Positions 49,748 to 53,843 of a stretch of 53,843 nt of DNA are shown piece by piece (positions within the stretch are counted from its first letter, which is position 1; each line of letters opens with the position of its first letter). Source of the stretch: an uncultured Chloroflexota bacterium (GTDB taxonomy: Bacteria > Chloroflexota > UBA11872 > VXNJ01). The notes beneath the pieces were generated by a model. It did not search any database and was not told the origin of the DNA. It saw only the letters and a list, made by a program, of their open reading frames with translations. A program made the translations under genes and the position numbers. Location of the stretch: NCBI GenBank assembly GCA_964496475.1, contig CAZBZS010000010.1, positions 6,402 to 60,244 on the forward strand, given 5' to 3'.

Positions 49748-51598
49748 CTACTCCGCTATTTCGGACTCATCAGCCGGCCCGGCGGATTCGTTGCCGTTGG
49801 TTCCTCCGGAGCCGTTATCACCGTTGGGCGAGAGCAATCTAGGGGTCCCGTTTCCGCTGAGACCACCGGCGTTCATCAATGCGTATTCAGGGAGGTATTT
49901 CGGGCCCATTCCGGACTCGATCAACTCATCGTGTTTCGCGATGATGCCAATCACGTCATGCCCATCCAGTTCCTCGTGCTCCAGCAGCCCTTCAGCGATC
50001 TCATGCACCGCCCCGGCATATTTCACCAGCAGTCCCTTCGCCTTCTTGAACTCCTGCTCCAGCACCTGCTCAACTCGGGTCTTTGTTTCCGGGTCCAGGT
50101 GCCCCTGGCCCCACGGCAGCACCGAAAACAGGCTCCCATCCATGCCCCAGACCGCCAGCATGTGATAGGCGAGCTCCGACGCCCGCGCCAGGTCCTCGCT
50201 GACCCCGCTCATGCGCGTGCCGAGGAACAGCTCCTCGGCGGCTCGGCTCGCCAGCGCCACCTGTATCCGTGCCAGGGCCTCCTCCCGCACCAGAGTGTGT
50301 CGTTCCTCCGTCGGCTTCCACGCCGCGAAACCCAGCGCCCCACCGTGGCGGATGATCGTTACCTTCGACAACCGCTCGTGCCTCATCAGCTTCACCAGCG
50401 GCACCGCGTGCCCCGCCTCGTGATAGGCGATCCGCCGGCGCTCATCCAGCGGCATGCTGCGGATGGGTTCGCGCAGTCCGTACTCGTGGTCCTCGCGCGC
50501 CCGGGTGATGTCCGCGTAGGTGATCGCGTCCCGCCCCTCAAAATGGGCGTGAATTACAGCCTCGTTGATGATGTGCTTAATTGCGACCGGGGTGTACCCG
50601 ATCGAGTCGTTGGACAGCCGGTCCAACGGCATTTCCTCATGCCGGACCTTGGCCAGGTAATAGGAGGCGATGTCTTTGCGCCCGTCGAAATCGGGTATGT
50701 CGACGTGAATCTGTCGGTCGAAGCGTCCCGGTCGCAACAGAGCCTGGTCCAAGCTGTGGGCGAGGTTTGTCGCTCCAATCGTCAAAACCGGGGGCAAGAT
50801 TGCCTTCCCTTTCCTCAGCCCTAGCTTGCGCAGCAGCCGCGGTCGCCAGCCGTTATCGAAGTTAGGCGGATCCATCTGGGTCAGTAGCTCGTTGAGCATC
50901 ATTGCGCCGCCGCCCCCCATCATTCCGCCCATTCCCCCACCCATCCCGCCGCCCGACTGCCGGTCCCGCGCCATCCCGATCGCATCGATTTCATCAATGA
51001 AGACGATTGCGCCGCCGTGCTTGCGCGCCATCTTCCGTGCTTTTCCGTAGAGCATTATGATGCGCAGTACGCCGATTCCCATGAACATATTTGAGAATCC
51101 GGGCGCCGAGGCGTATGCGAACGGCAGACCGGCCTCGGTCGCGATCGCCTGCGCCAGGTAACTCTTCCCGGTCCCCGGGGGGCCTTCCAGCAGCAAACCC
51201 CTCGTGTGCTCCCCGCCCATCTCCTTGATCTCCCGCACGCCCCGCAACAGCATCACGATCCGCCGCGCCACCTCCAATACATTGTCGTTTCCACGATAAT
51301 CGTCAAACGTCACCCCGGTTTCACCCGCCTGCACCCAGTACACGCGCCCTCGGGCCATGAACATAATCAGTGCGCCAAACTGCACGACCATGAACATCAT
51401 CGCGTAAAGCAGGCCGAACACCTGCTGCAAGATCCCGACCATCAACCCCGTAGCCAGAATCCACAGCGCTACCATCCCCGCCGTCAGGATCAGGTACAGA
51501 ATGGTCTTGTACTTGTTCGCCCACAGGAAGTCGATCAGGCCCCCCGTCGCGGCCAGCCCGGCTTTTCGCCTGATGTCCTGGTCTTTGTTGCTTTGCAT
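49748..51598 (-). CDS. ftsH: FtsH-like AAA+ zinc metalloprotease (M41)
   Basis: GPPGTGKS, IVFIDEID, ALLRPGRFDR, HEAGH; two closely spaced N-terminal TMs. Confidence 0.85.
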   Translation of the reverse strand: MQSNKDQDIRRKAGLAATGGLIDFLWANKYKTILYLILTAGMVALWILATGLMVGILQQVFGLLYAMMFMVVQFGALIMFMARGRVYWVQAGETGVTFDDYRGNDNVLEVARRIVMLLRGVREIKEMGGEHTRGLLLEGPPGTGKSYLAQAIATEAGLPFAYASAPGFSNMFMGIGVLRIIMLYGKARKMARKHGGAIVFIDEIDAIGMARDRQSGGGMGGGMGGMMGGGGAMMLNELLTQMDPPNFDNGWRPRLLRKLGLRKGKAILPPVLTIGATNLAHSLDQALLRPGRFDRQIHVDIPDFDGRKDIASYYLAKVRHEEMPLDRLSNDSIGYTPVAIKHIINEAVIHAHFEGRDAITYADITRAREDHEYGLREPIRSMPLDERRRIAYHEAGHAVPLVKLMRHERLSKVTIIRHGGALGFAAWKPTEERHTLVREEALARIQVALASRAAEELFLGTRMSGVSEDLARASELAYHMLAVWGMDGSLFSVLPWGQGHLDPETKTRVEQVLEQEFKKAKGLLVKYAGAVHEIAEGLLEHEELDGHDVIGIIAKHDELIESGMGPKYLPEYALMNAGGLSGNGTPRLLSPNGDNGSGGTNGNESAGPADESEIAE

Positions 51599-51854
51599 GG
51601 CGCCTCCACCTCGTTGCCCGCTAGGCGCCCGCAGTCACGATCGGTGAATGCCGGACACTGCACTGACGATTTCCGCAGTATACTTCCGCCCCTTCGTCTC
51701 CGAGCGAGACAAAACTACACGTTCGGGGTAACTCCTCACGGTCTACTCTCGGCCGTCGTTCGCATCTTGTACGGTCGAGACATTTTGTCTAAACTCGCCT
51801 GGACCCGGGAGGCTTCCGGTCGGAATGCCGTCCCTTCGTCATAAGGTTTAGCCC

Positions 51855-53843
51855 GTGCCGCTCAATCCCTCGCAGATTGTCGATCGCCTGTCGGCCGATG
51901 CCTCCTTCGCCGCCGGCGTCACCAGCTGGCGAGTCGCTCCCGCCCGCGAAGCCCGGACCTCCCCCTTCCCCGAGGGTGTGAGTCCCCGCATCACCGCGGC
52001 TCTCGCCGAGCGCGGGATCACCGAGCTTTACACGCACCAGGCCGGCGCGATTCAGTCGGCGCTTGCCGGAGCCAATGTGGTCGTCGTCACTGGCACTGCC
52101 TCCGGCAAGACCCTCTGCTACAACCTCCCGGTCCTCCAATCTATCGTCGAGGACCCGGCCAGCCGCGCCCTGCATATGTTCCCCACCAAGGCCCTGGCGC
52201 AGGACCAGCTGGACGAGCTCCACGGCCTGATTACGACGGCTGGCGTCGACGTCAAGACCTTCACCTACGACGGCGACACTCCGCGCGACGCCCGCAGCGC
52301 GGTCCGCCGCGCCGGCCACATCGTGATCACCAATCCCGACATGCTCCACACCGGCATCCTCCCGCACCACACCAACTGGACGCGCCTCTTCGAAAATCTC
52401 CGTTACATCGTCATCGATGAGCTGCACACCTACCGGGGCGTCTTTGGCAGCCATCTGGCCAACGTCCTCCGCCGTCTCCGCCGAATCTGCGAGTTCTACG
52501 GCAGCGATCCCACCTTCATCTGCTGCTCCGCCACCATCGCTAATCCGCGGGACCTCGCCACTCGCCTCACCGGCGAGGATTTCACCGTAATCGACGATGA
52601 CTGCTCGCCTCAAGGTGAACGCCACTTCATCTTTTACAATCCCGGCGTCGTCAATGCGGAGCTTGGCATCCGCCGCCCGGCTATCGACGAGACCGCCGAG
52701 CTAGCCAAACTTTTCCTGGGCAACGATGTCCAGACCATCGCCTTTGCCCGCAGCCGCGTCAAAACCGAAATCCTTCTGTCGAAGCTACAGGCTGATCCCG
52801 CCCTTCGGGGACGGAAAATAAGCGGATATCGCGGCGGCTATCTCCCGTCCGAGCGCCGTGCCATTGAAGAAGGTCTTCGCAGCGGCGATGTGCGAGGGGT
52901 CATCGCCACCAACGCCCTGGAGCTGGGCATCGATATCGGCCAGTTGGAAGCCGTCCTCCTGTGCGGATATCCCGGCACGATTTCCAGCACCTGGCAACGA
53001 TTCGGTCGCGCCGGCCGACGCCAGGACGCCTCCATCGCCATCATGATCGCCGGGTCCAGCCCCCTCGATCAGTACATCATCAATCATCCCAACTACTTCT
53101 TCGATGCTCCGGTCGAAGCCGGGCTCGTCAATCCGGACAACCTGTACATCCTGAACAGCCATCTCAAGTGTGCTGCTTTCGAACTGCCTTTTGAGGAAGG
53201 CGAAGTCTTTGGGGTCGGTACCACCGAAGCCATGCTCGAGTATCTGGCGACCGAGGGAGTTCTCCACAAGTCCGGCGATACGTGGCACTGGTCCGTGGCC
53301 AACGACTTCCCTGCCCAGAACGTGAGCCTGCGCACCGGCGCGCTCGATAACGTCGTCATTATTGATACCACCAATAAGCCTCGCGTCCTCGGGCAGGTCG
53401 ACACGTTCGCCGCGCCCATGCTTATTCACACCGATGCCATCTACCTTCACGCCGGGTGCCAGTACCACGTCGATCGCCTCGATTGGGATGAGAAGAAGGC
53501 CTACGTCAAGCAGGTGACGGTCGAGCACTATACGGACGCCAGCAAGAATGTCCGCGTGGCCGTGCTTGACGATTTCGAGACCGACTCCGCCGGCGGCCTC
53601 GGCCGCGGTTGGGGCGAGGTCCGCATAACCTCCCTTCCCACCCTCTTCAAGAAGATCAAGCTTTCCAACAGCGACAACGTCGGCTGGGGCAAGATCGACC
53701 TCCCCCAGCAGGAGACTCACACCACCGCCTACTGGCTCACTCTGCCCGCCGATCTTGAGACCCGTCTCGGTCGCGAGCCTCTCGAAAGCGCCCTTCTGGG
53801 CGCCGCCCACCACTTCGATGGCCTTGGAGGTGGTCTCGGTAAA
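51855..53843 (+). CDS. DEAH-box helicase, MrfA/YprA (DUF1998) type; runs off the window end
   Basis: Manual translation: LYTHQ, TGTASGKT, FPTKALAQDQ, DELHTYRGVFGSH, SATIANP, NALELGIDIG, QRFGRAGR; absent from the ORF track because no stop occurs in the window. Confidence 0.9.
   Translation, partial: MPLNPSQIVDRLSADASFAAGVTSWRVAPAREARTSPFPEGVSPRITAALAERGITELYTHQAGAIQSALAGANVVVVTGTASGKTLCYNLPVLQSIVEDPASRALHMFPTKALAQDQLDELHGLITTAGVDVKTFTYDGDTPRDARSAVRRAGHIVITNPDMLHTGILPHHTNWTRLFENLRYIVIDELHTYRGVFGSHLANVLRRLRRICEFYGSDPTFICCSATIANPRDLATRLTGEDFTVIDDDCSPQGERHFIFYNPGVVNAELGIRRPAIDETAELAKLFLGNDVQTIAFARSRVKTEILLSKLQADPALRGRKISGYRGGYLPSERRAIEEGLRSGDVRGVIATNALELGIDIGQLEAVLLCGYPGTISSTWQRFGRAGRRQDASIAIMIAGSSPLDQYIINHPNYFFDAPVEAGLVNPDNLYILNSHLKCAAFELPFEEGEVFGVGTTEAMLEYLATEGVLHKSGDTWHWSVANDFPAQNVSLRTGALDNVVIIDTTNKPRVLGQVDTFAAPMLIHTDAIYLHAGCQYHVDRLDWDEKKAYVKQVTVEHYTDASKNVRVAVLDDFETDSAGGLGRGWGEVRITSLPTLFKKIKLSNSDNVGWGKIDLPQQETHTTAYWLTLPADLETRLGREPLESALLGAAHHFDGLGGGLGK

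Noticed and set aside
49601-49748. glmS ribozyme upstream of glmS
   Set aside because: The AGCGCC...GACGAGG core is not found. There is only a long GC hairpin (49685-49748) right after the ftsH stop, without a U-tract.
51855-53843. Helicase as part of a DISARM/Druantia defence system
   Set aside because: The sequence fits the stand-alone MrfA/YprA repair helicase in housekeeping context; no methylase or partner genes are visible, although downstream sequence is outside the window.
1-53843. CRISPR array, rRNA or intact mobile element
   Set aside because: No regularly spaced repeats, rRNA-like sequence, or full-length transposase/integrase seen by eye.

Overview
GC-rich bacterial chromosomal segment. 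Its gene content (many paralogous sulfatases, enolase-superfamily dehydratases, SDRs, PhyH, futalosine-type menaquinone genes) suggests a heterotroph such as a Chloroflexota/SAR202-like organism; this is inference, not proven. The left ~17 kb is an organosulfate-processing region: four Cys-type sulfatases (three tandem paralogs), an arylsulfate sulfotransferase, a dehydratase, a hidden UxxC selenoprotein, and two sulfatase-like proteins with Thr at the formylglycine position, each divergently paired with an amidase or aminotransferase. The middle holds catabolic enzymes, lipoproteins and a decayed island next to tRNA-Arg(CCG) with integrase, dnaE and lactonase remnants. The right part is mostly housekeeping: aroD, mqnL/mqnP/ubiX, AKRs, thrS, glmS, ftsH-like and an MrfA-like helicase. 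Best leads: the Thr-nucleophile sulfatase pair, a Thr-rich leader peptide with RBS-sequestering structure upstream of thrS, two UGA-recoded selenoprotein genes missed by the ORF track, a catalytically dead AKR beside an active paralog, and TAG-dominated stop usage. All calls were made by eye; no database searches were run.
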